From Octopus sinensis (lineage: Eukaryota): a stretch of 64,000 nt of DNA. Location of the stretch: NCBI RefSeq assembly GCF_006345805.1, contig NC_043000.1, forward strand, positions 153,760,001 to 153,824,000, given 5' to 3'. A model generated the notes under the pieces. It made no database searches and was not told the DNA's origin. It saw only the letters and a program-made list of their open reading frames with translations. Of the stretch, positions 26,180 through 39,483 are shown one piece after another (the stretch's first letter is position 1; each line of letters starts with the position of its first letter). The translations under genes were made by a program, and so were the position numbers.

Positions 26180-27174
26180 TTATTATATAAATGCACTTAT
26201 ACCAATCGGATTTTTTTTTCTACAGATTCACTCTATAAAAGAAAAATCTATGGAAAACGCTACTAGCTTTAGTAACTTAGAAGATCAGAAATCGCCAAGA
26301 AGTTTAATATAGAGGATAATATTGAATACTCATTATTATCAACACACAGACACTTAAATGTCACACATAACGTTTTAGAATCAGAAATTAAATTTCGCTA
26401 CATGTAGTCGTATATAGATTCAAAACTAAGAGGTACACCGTAAAGATATACTACAGGGGATCAAAAGCTTAGATAAAAAGAGAACATATCTTACCTGTCA
26501 TTAGGTAACATTGTAAAATGTTTTCGAATAATCTACTGCATGCAGGATATTGAATTCCCTTAGTTTGGTTACTCTGATTTTACACCCGTCGGTTATAAAA
26601 TCTCTTCTTGTCAGCTCTCTATTTGTTTACTACCTGCAAGGGGCTAAACACAGAGAGGACAAACAAGGAGAGACAAACGGATTAAGTCGACTATATCGAC
26701 CTCAGTGCGTAACTGGTACTTATTTAATCGACCCCGAAAGTTTGAAAGGCAAAGTCGACCGCGGCGGAATTTGAAGTCAGAACGTAACGGCAGACGAAAT
26801 ACGTCTACGCATTTCGCTCGGCGTGCTAACGTTTCTGCCAGCTCGCCGTCTTCACAAACAGAATTATACCGGTTAGCGAATCTGATATAAAACAAAATAC
26901 ACGAAATAATCTCGCTTTTTCATAATGTTGAGTAAAAAAAAAAGTACAATTCATCTAATGTTTTTATGACTTCATATGATGGTGCTCAGTTGTGTGAACT
27001 TATAAAGTTTTATACTTTATATGGCAAAGCAAAATCCCATAGTAAGTAGAATTTACAGTGACGACGGACAACAGATATCTAGGAACATAATGGGACGTAA
27101 GCTCGGTAGATTTAGAAAAGACGTAACAAAACTTAAAGGAAGTTAATTGTTAGATACCACAATATTACAATTAA

Positions 27175-27208
<34 letters not shown>

Positions 27209-27420
27209 CACGTGCAGTATCACAGTTTGATGTAGTAGGTTTTTCAGCGACAAAAATGACTGGGAAGATGCCTTTCTTCACCAATCGCAGGCTAACACCC
27301 AGTAATTTACATTTAATCTTTCCCATCAACATCACTTTCTAATTTCAGTGGCTGAAGACGAGCATCACACCTGAAACTTTTCTGTTGAGTGCCCTTCCTT
27401 CATTTGTCTCTCACATGCAT
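26180..27420 (+). mobile_element. Very decayed Penelope-like RT remnant, interrupted by a SINE-A (about 26600-26850, minus)
   Basis: SYDGAQLCEL (about 26970-27000) and IYSDDG (about 27050) resemble the Penelope RT motifs GS(F/Y)DGAE.CEL and YRDDG. A degenerate CTGAAGA...GAAAC lies at 27352-27377 before (TA)n. Confidence 0.4.
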
Positions 27421-27439
27421 ATATACACAGACATATACA

Positions 27440-27480
<41 letters not shown>

Positions 27481-27529
27481 AAACAAGTCAAAAATAGAAA
27501 ATTCTAAGATAATTTTATAGTGAATCTTT

Positions 27530-27567
27530 CAGTACCGGTTTCGGTCATTTTGAGACCTTTTCAACTG
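27530..27567 (-). ncRNA. Minimal type-I hammerhead-like motif, U3-A8 variant, all stems intact
   Basis: Minus strand: CAG TTGAAAA GGTC TCAAAAT GACC GAA ACCGGT A CTG. Confidence 0.68.
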
Positions 27568-27703
27568 TAACGATTAAATAATTAAATTTAGAAAAATTAG
27601 AAGAAAAGTTTTTTTAAAAGAATATTTCTATAGTACTGTTCAGATGTAAGTGGCATTCTGCCTTTCTCTGACTCCTTTGTTTGCACTTGTGTGTTCGAGG
27701 TCG

Positions 27704-27735
<32 letters not shown>

Positions 27736-27745
<10 letters not shown>

Positions 27746-29399
27746 AGGGCTTAGTAAAATAAATTACTTTGCCACATACTGAACTCATTAGAAATAGCAG
27801 CTAAAGAAATTTCTTCAGCTATTTCTAATACTTAAAGAAGATCTCTCTCAGATAGTGTTTGCCTAAACTAACTCACAAAAGTATGGGGGAAAAAACATTA
27901 AAAAATCAAGTGCAAAGGTTATTTGAGAACGTACGTTTCTAGATTAGTCAATTCGACATTTCTTTCTTCAGCTCAGAATTCCTTGAATCGGATTTGGGAA
28001 CACTGAAAGTCGGGAGCATACCCTTTCGGCTTCTAATCACCTCTAGAATTCTGCTCGAACTAAAAGTGCTATCAAATTCGAATATGCAAGCGAAGAATTT
28101 CTGCTCTCCCCTTTCCACCAGCGTAGGTTAAAATTGACAAACACCATGTATTAACGGTGAAAACCGCAGCATTTAGCAGAGAAAGATGAATTATAATTTC
28201 AACAATTGAGGGTAAAATTAATTAATTATAAATCAATTTCACCAAGTATTCAGTATGTAAAGGGACCATATAGGTGAATTCAAAATATACATTATATATA
28301 AGGGCTTAGTAAATAAATTACTTGCCACATACTGAACTCATTAGAAAGCAGGTAAAGAAATTTCTTCAGCTATTTCTAATACTTAAAGAAGATCCTCTCA
28401 GATAGTGTTTGCCTAAACTAACTCACAAAAGTATGGGGGAAAAAACATTAAAAAATCAAGTGCAAAGGTTATTTGAGAACGTACGTTTCTAGATTAGTCA
28501 ATTCGACATTTCTTTCTTCAGCTCAGAATTCCTTGAATCGGATTTGGGAACACTGAAAGTCGGCAGCATACCCTTTCGGCTTCTAATCACCTCTAGAATT
28601 CTGCTCGAACTAAAAGTGCTATCAAATTCGAATATGCAAGCGAAGAATTTCTGCTCTCCCCTTTCCACCAGCGTGAAGAAATTTCTTTAGCTGCTATTTC
28701 TAATGAGTTCAGTATGTGGCAAAGTAATTTATTTTACTAAGCCCTTATATATAATGTAATATTTTGAATTCGCCTATAATGGTCCCTTTACATATGAATA
28801 CTTGGTGAATTGATTATAATTAATTATTTTACCCTCAATTGTTGAAATTATAATTCATCTTTCTCTGCTAAATGCTGCGGTTTTCACCGTTAATACATGG
28901 TGTTTGTCAATTTTAACCCACGCTGGTGGAAAGGGGAGAGCAGAAATTCTTCGCTTGCATATTCGAATTTGATAGCACTTTTAGTTCGAGCAGAATTCTA
29001 GAGGTGATTAGAAGCCGAAAGGGTATGCTCCCGACTTTCAGTGTTCCCAAATCCGATTCAAGGATTCTGAGCTGAAGAAAGAAATGTCTAATTGACTAAT
29101 CTAGAAACGTACGTTCTCAAATAACCTTTGCACTTGATTTTTTATGTTTTTTCCCCCATACTTTTGTGAGTTAGTTTAGGCAAACACTATCTGAGAGAGA
29201 TCTTCTTTAAGTATTAGAAATAGCTGAAGAAATTTCTTTAGCTGCTATTTCTAATGAGTTCAGTATGTGGCAAAGTAATTTATTTTACTAAGCCCTTATA
29301 TATAATGTAATATTTTGAATTCGCCTATAATGGTCCCTTTACATACTGAATACTTGGTGAAATTGATTAATAATTAATTAATTTTACCCTCAATTGTTG

Positions 29400-29403
<4 letters not shown>
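27736..29403. repeat. ~550-555-bp unit as a direct tandem (27736-28673) followed by an inverted segment (28674-29403), flanked by (TA)n
   Basis: Unit start ATTATATATAAGGGCTTAG at 27736 and 28291. Sequence from 28674 is the reverse complement of the unit. Copies differ mostly by small indels. Confidence 0.92.
29064..29122 (+). ncRNA. Type-I hammerhead-like motif in the 550-bp unit (also minus strand at 27921-27979 and 28471-28529)
   Basis: ATT(C)TGAG CTGAAGA A AGA..GTC..GAC..TCT A GAA ACGTACGT T CTCAAAT. Intact core, palindromic stem III, weak stem II. Confidence 0.55.
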
Positions 29404-29464
<61 letters not shown>

Positions 29465-29689
29465 ATAAAAAAACAAAGACGAAGAACAAGCAAGTGTAAT
29501 AGTTTGACGCTCAGGAAAAATGGAAAAGTCTTTTACGTTTCAAGACTACAACAGAAATAAGAGGAAATAAACTGAGAGAGAAAGAAAAAAAACAACTGTT
29601 AAGTTCAGTGGTCCAGCATGGCGAATCATATAGATATATATTATTAATAAAGTAAAACCGTCCAACGAACAGGAAGTGAAACTCTGAGT

Positions 29690-30010
29690 AACTTACTCTG
29701 GTATGTGCGGAGACCCCCTTCGGTCATGAATGACCATGGGATTGCACCTTGAAAGTTACACTCCAAGATACAAGTCCAGGTAAGGTTGTTTGTGGAAGTC
29801 CAGCAACCGCCCATGCATACCAAGCTCCCCTCTCCACACCACTGATCTTATCGAAGGAAAAGGCAAACGCTGATACAACTTGGCACAGTACATGTCGCAA
29901 CTCATTTCTACAGCTGAGTTAAATGGAGCAACTTGAATAAAGCGTCTTGCTCAAGAACACAAACGCAGCCCGGTCCGAGAATCGAACTCGATGCTCTAAC
30001 CACTGAGCCT
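29690..30010 (-). mobile_element. tRNA-derived SINE family D with CORE-like centre
   Basis: Minus strand: GGCTCAGTGGTTAGAGC...GAGTTCGATTCTCGG...TTCTTGAGCAAGACGCTTTATTC. Confidence 0.65.
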
Positions 30011-30029
30011 TCATATACTCTGGTATATA

Positions 30030-31130
30030 TATATAATAATATATTATATATATATATATATATTATATATATATATACACACACACGCATGCACACATAC
30101 ATACATACACACATACATACATACATACATACATACACACACACACTTCCACACATACACACTTACATACATACACACACACACACATACACACACACAT
30201 ACATACATACATACACACATACACATACACATATACACACACACATACTTACATATACTCATACGGACACACATACACACAGACATACACAAATACACAC
30301 TCAACACATACATACACACATACCTACACACACACTCGCATGCACGTGCACACACATGCATGCGCGCGCGCACACATACATACATGCATGCACGCATGCC
30401 TGTGGGTTCTGGCTATATCTCGGGTTCGTGTCTGGGCCGGCGCGTTGTGCCTGGGGTTTCTCTTGCGCCTATCACCGCAGGAGTATTTTCCATCATTCCT
30501 TCAGTTGCGAAGTGTGTCCTTGCATGAATATATATACACACATATAAACATATAAACACACATATAATGCCCCTACATTTTGTACACACACGCACATACA
30601 TACATACATTCACTCCCACGCACTTACACACACACATTTACATATATATATATAAAATACACGCACACACACTTACACACGTACAAACACGCAAGAATTC
30701 ACATACACACCGACACATATACATACACACAACATATACCTCCACGCGCACGCACACATACACATACGTACACACACACACATACATACGCACACCAAAA
30801 CATGCGCACACATACGCACGCACATATACACACATGCACACAATTATACATATACGCACATATAAGCACACGCACACACCCACACATACACTTAGTTAAG
30901 CACAGTTACTCGCCATACACACAAAATAACGCACACGTACACACACATACTACAACAAAACACACACACGAGACATATACACGCACACACACATTCCTTC
31001 CTGTTTCTGACCTGCCGTCCTGACTGTCTTCCTGACTCGCTACTGCTGCTTGCCACTAGTCTTCGCCCACCATATACACACATACACACACACGCACATA
31101 CGCACACACACACACACACACACACACCCT
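30030..31130. repeat. Long degenerate (CA)n/(TACA)n low-complexity tract
   Basis: Direct reading; source of the HT/VC-rich ORFs. Confidence 0.9.
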
Positions 31131-31239
31131 TGTCATCTCGCACACCGTTGTTTACCATTCCTTCTTTGATCCGCTCTCCTGTTTTTGAAAAGCTGCTCCC
31201 TCTTGTTGACCACTTCCGCCTTTTCAGTATGTAACCTCG

Positions 31240-31428
31240 TGAAGACCACTTGCATTTTTTCCCTCTCTCCTCCCACCTCGGGATCTTTCTTTCTCCTATG
31301 CTTCCGACGAAGAGTTCCGCTCGAAACGTCATACCTTCCTTCTTCCCTTCTTTCCCGAGCGCCCAATAATACTTTATTTGTTCCACATCTTCGCGTTGTT
31401 GTCTTTTTGTTTTCTTGTTTGGATTAAC

Positions 31429-31435
<7 letters not shown>
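31240..31435 (+). mobile_element. (TA)n-anchored short repeat with a degenerate hammerhead-like motif (31304-31330)
   Basis: Homologous to 34165-34375. CCGACGA A GAGT TCC GCTC GAA ACGT C, with a U4C change and weak stem I. Confidence 0.7.
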
Positions 31436-31479
<44 letters not shown>

Positions 31480-31715
31480 TACACCTGTACACACGTGTAC
31501 TGGGAAAGACAATCGCACACACACACAAAACAGACGTAAGTGATTTGCGTATGTATCTATATATAATCACGCGTGTGTGTGGTTTAAGTATGTATATCTG
31601 TTGATCACTAGTTTTGGAGAAAGGGACGTAAAACGAAAACTTTCTAAGTTTATCTCGATTGTTTAAGAGGTAAGAGAAGAATTATAGACTCTTGAGGTAT
31701 TTCTCATCCCACTCA

Positions 31716-32235
31716 TTATGCGTTTTTTGTATTCGTCTTGGGCTTTGCGTCCTTGTGTGTCGATCGACACAGAGCTCCAATTAAAGAACTTTCGGTGTGT
31801 AAATACACATGGAGTTACTTTTGAAAATCAGCCCTGTGGTAGACCTGAGACCAAGGTGTTTAATGATGAGCTGGATACTGTAATGGAAGAGGATACATCT
31901 CAATCTCTGAGTTAGCAGCAAGGTTTGATGTTTCGATTCCAACTATATTGTACCATCTGAAAGAAATCGGCAAGATAAAGAGGCTGGACAAGCGGGGACC
32001 ACACGAACTGAACGAACTTCAAACCTGAATAAGATGCAAAAACTGCTTTTCATGATTTCATCACCTCTTGCTCTCCAGAATTATTCTCTGTCGGCATAAA
32101 TAAGATACAGACAAAATGGAAAAATTGAGTTGATAATTTAGGTGCATAGTTTCATTAACTGCATTGCTTTTTGTTGAGATAAAGTAAAATAAATTTTCAG
32201 TTCAAAATCGTACATTTCATTCTTAATGACCTGAT
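31716..32235 (+). mobile_element. Internally deleted mariner remnant (HTH region)
   Basis: GRPETKVFNDELDTVMEEDTSQS then VSIPTILYHLKEIGKIKRLDKRGPHELNE, matching the mariner HL..IGK...LDKWVPHEL motif. Confidence 0.75.
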
Positions 32236-32239
32236 ATAT

Positions 32240-32275
<36 letters not shown>

Positions 32276-32448
32276 AGTAAATAAATGGAGTTGAACGCAG
32301 ATGTTATTCAAATTCTTTTACTTTCGACATATGTTTCGAAGACAACATTGGTTTTATCCCAAAGGAATATATATTGTTTTCGTTTCAGCACACGATCTCA
32401 GATCAAATCACTTGCTATGCGTGTACATCTCCGTACTATATATATATG

Positions 32449-32484
<36 letters not shown>

Positions 32485-33458
32485 TGTGTGTATGTATGTA
32501 TTTGTGTATCTGTGTAAGGAGGCATAGATATACACATAAAATATATCTATACGTATATACATATACATACACATATACGTACAGAACATACACACACATG
32601 CATATATATATATATACACACACACACACATACGCACGCACATACGTACATATAGAAGAATATAACTATACAGATAGATGTATCAATTGAGATAGACGCA
32701 CCTATAAGTATATAAAAATGTCTTTTTACTTAGGCGTGACTTTGTGGTAAGAAGCTTCTTTCCCAACCACGTGTTTCCGGATTCAGTCGCACTGCGCGGC
32801 AACTTAGGCTAGTGTCTTCTACTGTAGCCTCTACCCGACAAAAGCCTTGTGTCAGTATCAAGTAGTATCCAGTTAGTGCCAAGTATCCGTGTGTTAGTAT
32901 CAAGTGACAATGTTTGGCGTCGTAAGTTAAGGCTGACACAATTGACTGAACAAGTTCAAACAACCAGTACTCTGAACGTTTTCTGTCAAGTATTTGTAGA
33001 CAATCAACGCATGATTAAGTTTATAACCTTTCTATACGTCTCCGCTACGTCCGTGCGTTAGTGTCACGTGACAGGTTATTTTGCGCCTAGAAAAAGCCGA
33101 TACGGTTGAATGAAGTTGTTTAGTTATAATCAAGGTGCTCTAAATTTAATCTGTCTGGTGGGAGAATTGACAGGAGTCGTTTGTATGTAGTCCAATGGCT
33201 AAGATTTAGGTTGTTTGCAGTGTAGCTTCCTCATGATAAGTGGCAGAATGAATTTTGTGTGTGAATAGTTATTTGTGTATGTACTCTGTTAAAGTTTGTT
33301 AAGTCTTGGTTTGGACTTTGTATGACAATAATTTCTGTTTGCATTTGGGCACCAATCGTTTAAAACTTTTCTTCGTTCGAATTTGCTCTTAGCCGTAACA
33401 GCTGGGTTCCCACTCTGAATTTGTCGCGAACCATCCTTTTTCTAAGCTGTTCATTACC

Positions 33459-33693
33459 TATTTCTTTATTACCCACAAGGGGCTAAACATAGAGGGGACA
33501 AACAAGGACAGACAAACGGATTAAGTCGATATTTCATCGACCCCAGTGCGTAACTGGTACTTAATTTATCGACCCCGAAAGGATGAAAGGCAAAGTTGAC
33601 CTCGGCGGAATTTGAACTCAGAACGTAACGGCAGACGACATACGGCTACGCATTTCGCCCCGCTTGCTAACGTTTCTGCCAGCTCACCGCCTT
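33459..33693 (-). mobile_element. SINE family A (young) with 12-bp TSD
   Basis: CTGTTCATTACC at 33447-33458 and 33694-33705. Confidence 0.93.
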
Positions 33694-34164
33694 CTGTTCA
33701 TTACCGATAGGTTTTATTTGTAGTTTCTTTAGGAGGATGATCAGTGTTGGATTGAGCCATTTTCCATATATTTCCGCTTTGTTATTATGTTTAACGAAAG
33801 GCAAATTTATGGGCTGTGAAGTTTTGGTTCCATAATGTTTAATGGTGTTTTCGATTGCAGAGGTTTCTCGATGCAAGTTGATGTCATATTCTTGTTTAGT
33901 CTTTGGATTTTGTTCCAGCTTCCGGAGCATCACTGTTTCTATAGTTTTACATAACCGGTTGAGGGTTCGGATCACTGCTGTTTCTTCCATTTTCTTCCTT
34001 CTTCAAGCGTTTCCTTAGTGTAGGTCTGTATCACGTCGATTTTGTTGGCTGAGACTGTGAACTTGGAGATCATTTTCAGTTCTTTTAGTATCTCCAGGTT
34101 AAAAAAGTGAATACACTGTTGTATTAAGTTGAGTTTTTATTTTCAGTTAATGCTCGTTCCATAT

Positions 34165-34372
34165 ATATTATGTACCGTTGGCGATTTTTTTCCTCCGACT
34201 TCCCTTCTCTGGATCTTTCCTTTTCTATGTTTCTGACGAAGAGCTCCGCTCGAAACGTAAAAACCTTCTCTTCCCTTCCTTCCTGAGCGTCCAATAATAC
34301 TGTATTTGTTCCACCCTCTCGTTGTTGTGTTTCTCTGGTGTTTTCATGTTTGATTAAATTTATATATATAAT

Positions 34373-34375
<3 letters not shown>
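34165..34375 (+). mobile_element. (TA)n-anchored short repeat with an intact-core minimal hammerhead-like motif (34230-34262)
   Basis: TTT CTGACGA A GAGC TCC GCTC GAA ACGT A AAA. Confidence 0.72.
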
Positions 34376-34438
<63 letters not shown>

Positions 34439-35133
34439 ATATATATATTAATAAATGAAATAAAACATATGCATATATATAACATATATGTATGTACCTA
34501 CCTCTACATGTACATATACACGCATATATGAGTACAGGACACCAAAGGGACGTCGAACACAAGGAGAAATGAAAACATAGACACAAACCAAATGAACTGG
34601 ACATTTTTTTTAAAACAACAAAAATGGAGTACAAGACAATTAACACAAAGAAAAAAACCCTTCTTCAGTCGCTATGGTTTCATCTACTCTACGTTTCGAA
34701 GGATAAAAGCGAGACGTATCTTCGACAAGAAACTTTCCTTCCTGCGAAAAGCAAATCAATTAAAATTCTGAGATCTTTTCGCAGAGGAGTAAAAAATGGT
34801 AAAAATATGGTAAAAAAACAAGACAGTAACGACAGTACAAAAATATAAACACTAAAAGACAGGACAGGGAAAACAAGATAAGAAGGGCTGTTGACGCCGA
34901 ACGAAAAAAGTATTGCAAACGCAGAATTTTTTGTGAACGACAGGGGAGCAGAAAGAATGTCGTCCAGTTACCTTGAAAGGCCAGGCCAGAAAGACAGTCA
35001 GAGCGGAAGTATCGTCGCGGGTGGACGACGGAAAGGAGGGAGGAGGAGCAAGAGGAAGGGAGAGAAGAAGGGGAATGGCTGCGAGGAAACCATGAAGAAT
35101 TGTGAGGGAGAGAGAGAGAGAGTGAAGAATAAG

Positions 35134-35168
<35 letters not shown>

Positions 35169-36289
35169 CACACATATATATACATATATATATATATATA
35201 CACATATATATATACACACATATATTTACATATATAAATACATATATACATATGCGTACACACACACACACACATAAATTCATATATGTATATATTTGAA
35301 TAGGCCTTCGTGCGCGTGGATATGTTTACATGCGTGTGAGTGTCCGTATGTGTGTTTGAGTGTGTAGTCTGCTTGCATGCACAATATGTGTACGTAGTTA
35401 AAACATACACATACATATACATACATACATACATACATACATACATACATACATACATACATACATACATACATACACAGACGCACACATAACAAAACTA
35501 ACACATATATTTTACATATTTTTATTGCATACGTATACTTTGAAGAATGACTATTGACATATGTTAATAATTGTAGCTATAACTGTAAATATAACTCTTT
35601 AGCTAATTAATAGTTTTGCTTTCGTTCCAGTCATTCATTCCATCAATAAACCTTGAGTATCTACACAAACGCCCGCACACACGAACACAACTTAATCCCT
35701 ATTTATTTTAGAATAACGGCCATATGAAAAACCAGTTCTACCGAATTCCTGAATTTATCGTTTTACCTCTATAAAATATATACCTTAAAAAATAAAGATG
35801 CTGCTGTATTAAGTTCAGTTTTTTTCACAGTTAATGCCTGTTTTATATATATATATATAAATCTTTTTTTTTTTTAAAAGATGGGCTTTAAATATATTGC
35901 TATGCATACAAATTTCAAGACGTAATTGCTGACACTTAGAAATACATTATACGCTCTCACTGAACCGTAATCAAGGCTTCAGAAAATATTTCTTAATAAT
36001 TGATTTTGTTTTAAAACCTACATGTGTGGTAAGAAGTTCGCTTCCCAACTACGTGATTTCAGGTTCTGTCCTACTGCGTGGCATTTTGGGCAGGTGTCCT
36101 CTACTATACCCTCGGGCGGACCAAAGCCTTATGAGTGGATTTGGTAGACAGAAATTAAAAGAAGCTCGTCGTATACACACAGAAGCACACACACAAACAC
36201 ACACAACACACACACACACACACACACATAGACATATAAATATCTATATAGGCGCAGGTGAGGCTATATGATGAGAAACTTGCTTCCTA

Positions 36290-36349
<60 letters not shown>

Positions 36350-36380
36350 CATGTATACACAACACACACACACACACACA

Positions 36381-36431
<51 letters not shown>

Positions 36432-36557
36432 GATAAATTGAGGTCTTTCATTCGTCTTGCAGGAGCTGTCATCTGCGTTCCGGAATATATGCTTGATTAG
36501 CAAGCTACTTACCACACAGCCACTCCTCGTCTTATGTATGTATGTATATATTTGTGT

Positions 36558-36680
<123 letters not shown>

Positions 36681-37194
36681 ATGTGTGTGTGTGTGTGTGT
36701 ATATATATATTATATTAAATTAGAGATAAAACCACTATTAGACAAATCAAACAGTGAAAAACATAAGCCAATACATAAAATTAATTTAAATGTATAAAAG
36801 TTAAAAATTAAAAAATTATTAAAATAATTTAAACTTATAAATTTTAAATATATATATACAAATATATATATATGTGTATGTATATTTTTATATTTATATA
36901 TTATTTTGTTTATTAATTAATTTATTTATTTATTTATTTATTTATTTATAGGCGAGGAGTGGCTGTGTGGTAAGTAGCTTGCTAATCAAGCATATGATTC
37001 CGGGAACGCAGATGACAGCTCTGCAAGTCGAAATGAAAGACCGCCAAAGCAACTTTCATTATTATGATACAGATGTGACTAATTCGGAGAGATATTACTT
37101 TCTAGAACTTAACTATGGTCTGTCTATAGCACTTATTCAGCACTACCTGACAGCTTTGGGTCTCAATGACACCATTACCTCTTATAACCTTATA

Positions 37195-37425
37195 ATGGGC
37201 GGTGAGCTGGCAGAAACGTTAGCACGCCGGGCGAAATGCGTAGCCGTATTTCGTCCGCCGTTACGTTCTGATTTCAAATTCCGCCGAGGTCGACTTTGCC
37301 TTTCATCCTTTCGGGGTCGATAAATAAAGTACCAGTTACGCACTGGGGTCGATGTAATCGACTTAATCCTTTTGTCTGTCCTTGTTTGTCCCCTCTATGT
37401 TTAACCCTTTGTGGACAGTAAAGAA
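37195..37425 (+). mobile_element. SINE family A (young)
   Basis: Full-length homology. Confidence 0.88.
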
Positions 37426-37440
37426 TAATAATATATATTA

Positions 37441-37488
<48 letters not shown>

Positions 37489-37994
37489 TATATTATATAT
37501 GGATACACATATGTGCAGGCGTTTGCTGTGTGGTAAGAAGCTTGCGTTCCACCTATGTTGTCCAGGGCTTAGTTCCACTGCGTTTTGTCCCGGGCAAAAC
37601 CCATGCCTTGAGAGTGGATTTCGTACATAGAAACTGAAAGAAGCCGTGCTATGTGTGTGTGTGTGTGTGCGTGTGTGTGTGCAATTTTTTAAATGTGTTT
37701 GTTGCCCGCAATATTGTCTCCGTAATACAACGGTACGGCAAAGGAGGCGGACAGAATTACACCACCTAAACATAAAGATGAGTGATGGGTTATTTAACTA
37801 AATCCTTCAAGGTGGTGCTCCAGCATAGCTACAGTCCAATGACTGAAACAAGTAAAAGATAGATAAAGCTATACACAAAGAAACTCTCTATAAATTACGT
37901 TTGAGCTTTGGAGAATCGAACTAAGACGTACTCTGATGAAAGTAAATAAGTCGAAAGTTGGACGTCGCTGTCAGCCTATCCTTGTAAATATATA

Positions 37995-38565
37995 CAGGGG
38001 GTAGTGAATAAAATATCGTCTAATTTACGTAAAAATGGAAATAACACTGACATCTCATTTTAACAGATATATATACCAAAATTACATACAAATATCTTGA
38101 AATAGTAAAAAGTAAATTTATTCAATAGAATCGCCCTTGGCTTCTACCACAGCCTCCACACGACTTCAGAATGTCCTGTGGCTCTTTTGGGCGGTTTCCT
38201 CATTTAAGTTGGTGAATGCTGCCATAATCCTTGCTTTCAGTTCATTTTTAGTGTTACCAGGAGTTTTATTGGTCTCTCGCTCAACAGCGCCCCACACATA
38301 ATAACCAAGGGGGTTGCAGTCAGGAGAGTTAGGTGAACAGATGTTAGGGGTGATGTGGTGGTATACATGGAGAAGAGTCATGTTACCAGATATAGGATCC
38401 TCCTGCAACCACCATCTGAACCAAGGGTAGCACTACCTCCTCCAGGCACTTGATGTAGGCCGCTGTTTTGTGTCTCAGGCCGTGTGGGAAGACGAGTGAA
38501 GGCATCGCTTAGCCATCGCTAATGATGACTCCAAATATCATGAGGTTGACTGGATGTTTAAAGTT
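37995..38565 (-). mobile_element. 3' half of a DD37D (maT-like) Tc1/mariner transposon
   Basis: SPNSPDCNPLGYYVWGAVERETNKT...LKARIMAAF; TA|CAGGGG terminus at 37995; homologous to 62414-63640. Confidence 0.8.
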
Positions 38566-39307
38566 GCAAGATAAAAATTAGACAAACGAGTTTAAACCAT
38601 CTAGTCTTCAAATATTTACAAAAATTTCAATGAATTTCAATGGGAAGCATAATAATATCAACGTAAATGTTCGGTGAAGATCATAACAAATGTACATTAT
38701 AGAAAGTTCATTCATACTGAGCTCTTATAAAATAGGTGGATAAGAAAGAATTTTGTTCTTTCTCTAAACTTTTTCCTCTTTATATAACTAATAGTGAGGA
38801 ATTATCAAACCGGGCAAAATACTTCATAAGCTCTCTGTTGTCACACCAGGCTAACAATATTGTTGAGTTTAGTGTTGTGTGTGTGTGTGTGACTACAGAT
38901 GCGTGCCAGAAGCGAGTAAATGAGTAAAAGAGTAATATCTTTTATCTTTTACTTGTTTCAGTCATTTCACTGCGACCATGCCTGGGTCGCGCCTTGAAGT
39001 GATTTTTAGTCGAACAATTCAACTCCAAGACTTTTTTGAGCCTTGTATTTAATCCATCATTTTTTTTTATTTTGCTGAATTGTTAAGTTACTCAGACGTA
39101 AACACATCAACACTTCTTGTATAGCGGTAGTGAAGGACAAACAGAGACACATAGATGCACACACACACATAGATATGTACGTATATATGTATACGACGGG
39201 CTTTTTTCAGTTCCAGTCTAACAAATCCACTCACAAGGCTTCTGTCAACTCGAGGCTACGGTAGAAGACACTTGCTCAAGCTTTCTTTCTAACACACAGC
39301 TACACCT

Positions 39308-39370
<63 letters not shown>

Positions 39371-39483
39371 GTGTGTGTGTGAGTGTATGTATACATATAT
39401 ATATATATATACAAAAAATTCAGGGTGAATACTTGATAATTGTAAGCACATGTATATGCCATTTAGTGGTGTAGGTAATAGAG

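Noticed and set aside
27352-27385. CTGAAGA...GAAAC after the Penelope-like remnant
   Set aside because: Stems I and III do not pair; at best a dead relic, so not counted as a ribozyme motif.
27736-29403. CRISPR-like or prokaryotic repeat array, or contamination
   Set aside because: The unit is ~550 bp with no spacers, no cas or other prokaryotic genes are present, and the context is clearly animal repeat DNA.
34690-34740. Minus-strand TCGAAGA...TTCGAAACGTAG
   Set aside because: Core and stem II are too degenerate to fold.
37005-37040. CAGATGA...GAAA near the inverted SINE-head duplication
   Set aside because: Core mismatch and no stem I or III; the mirror copy lacks GAAA.
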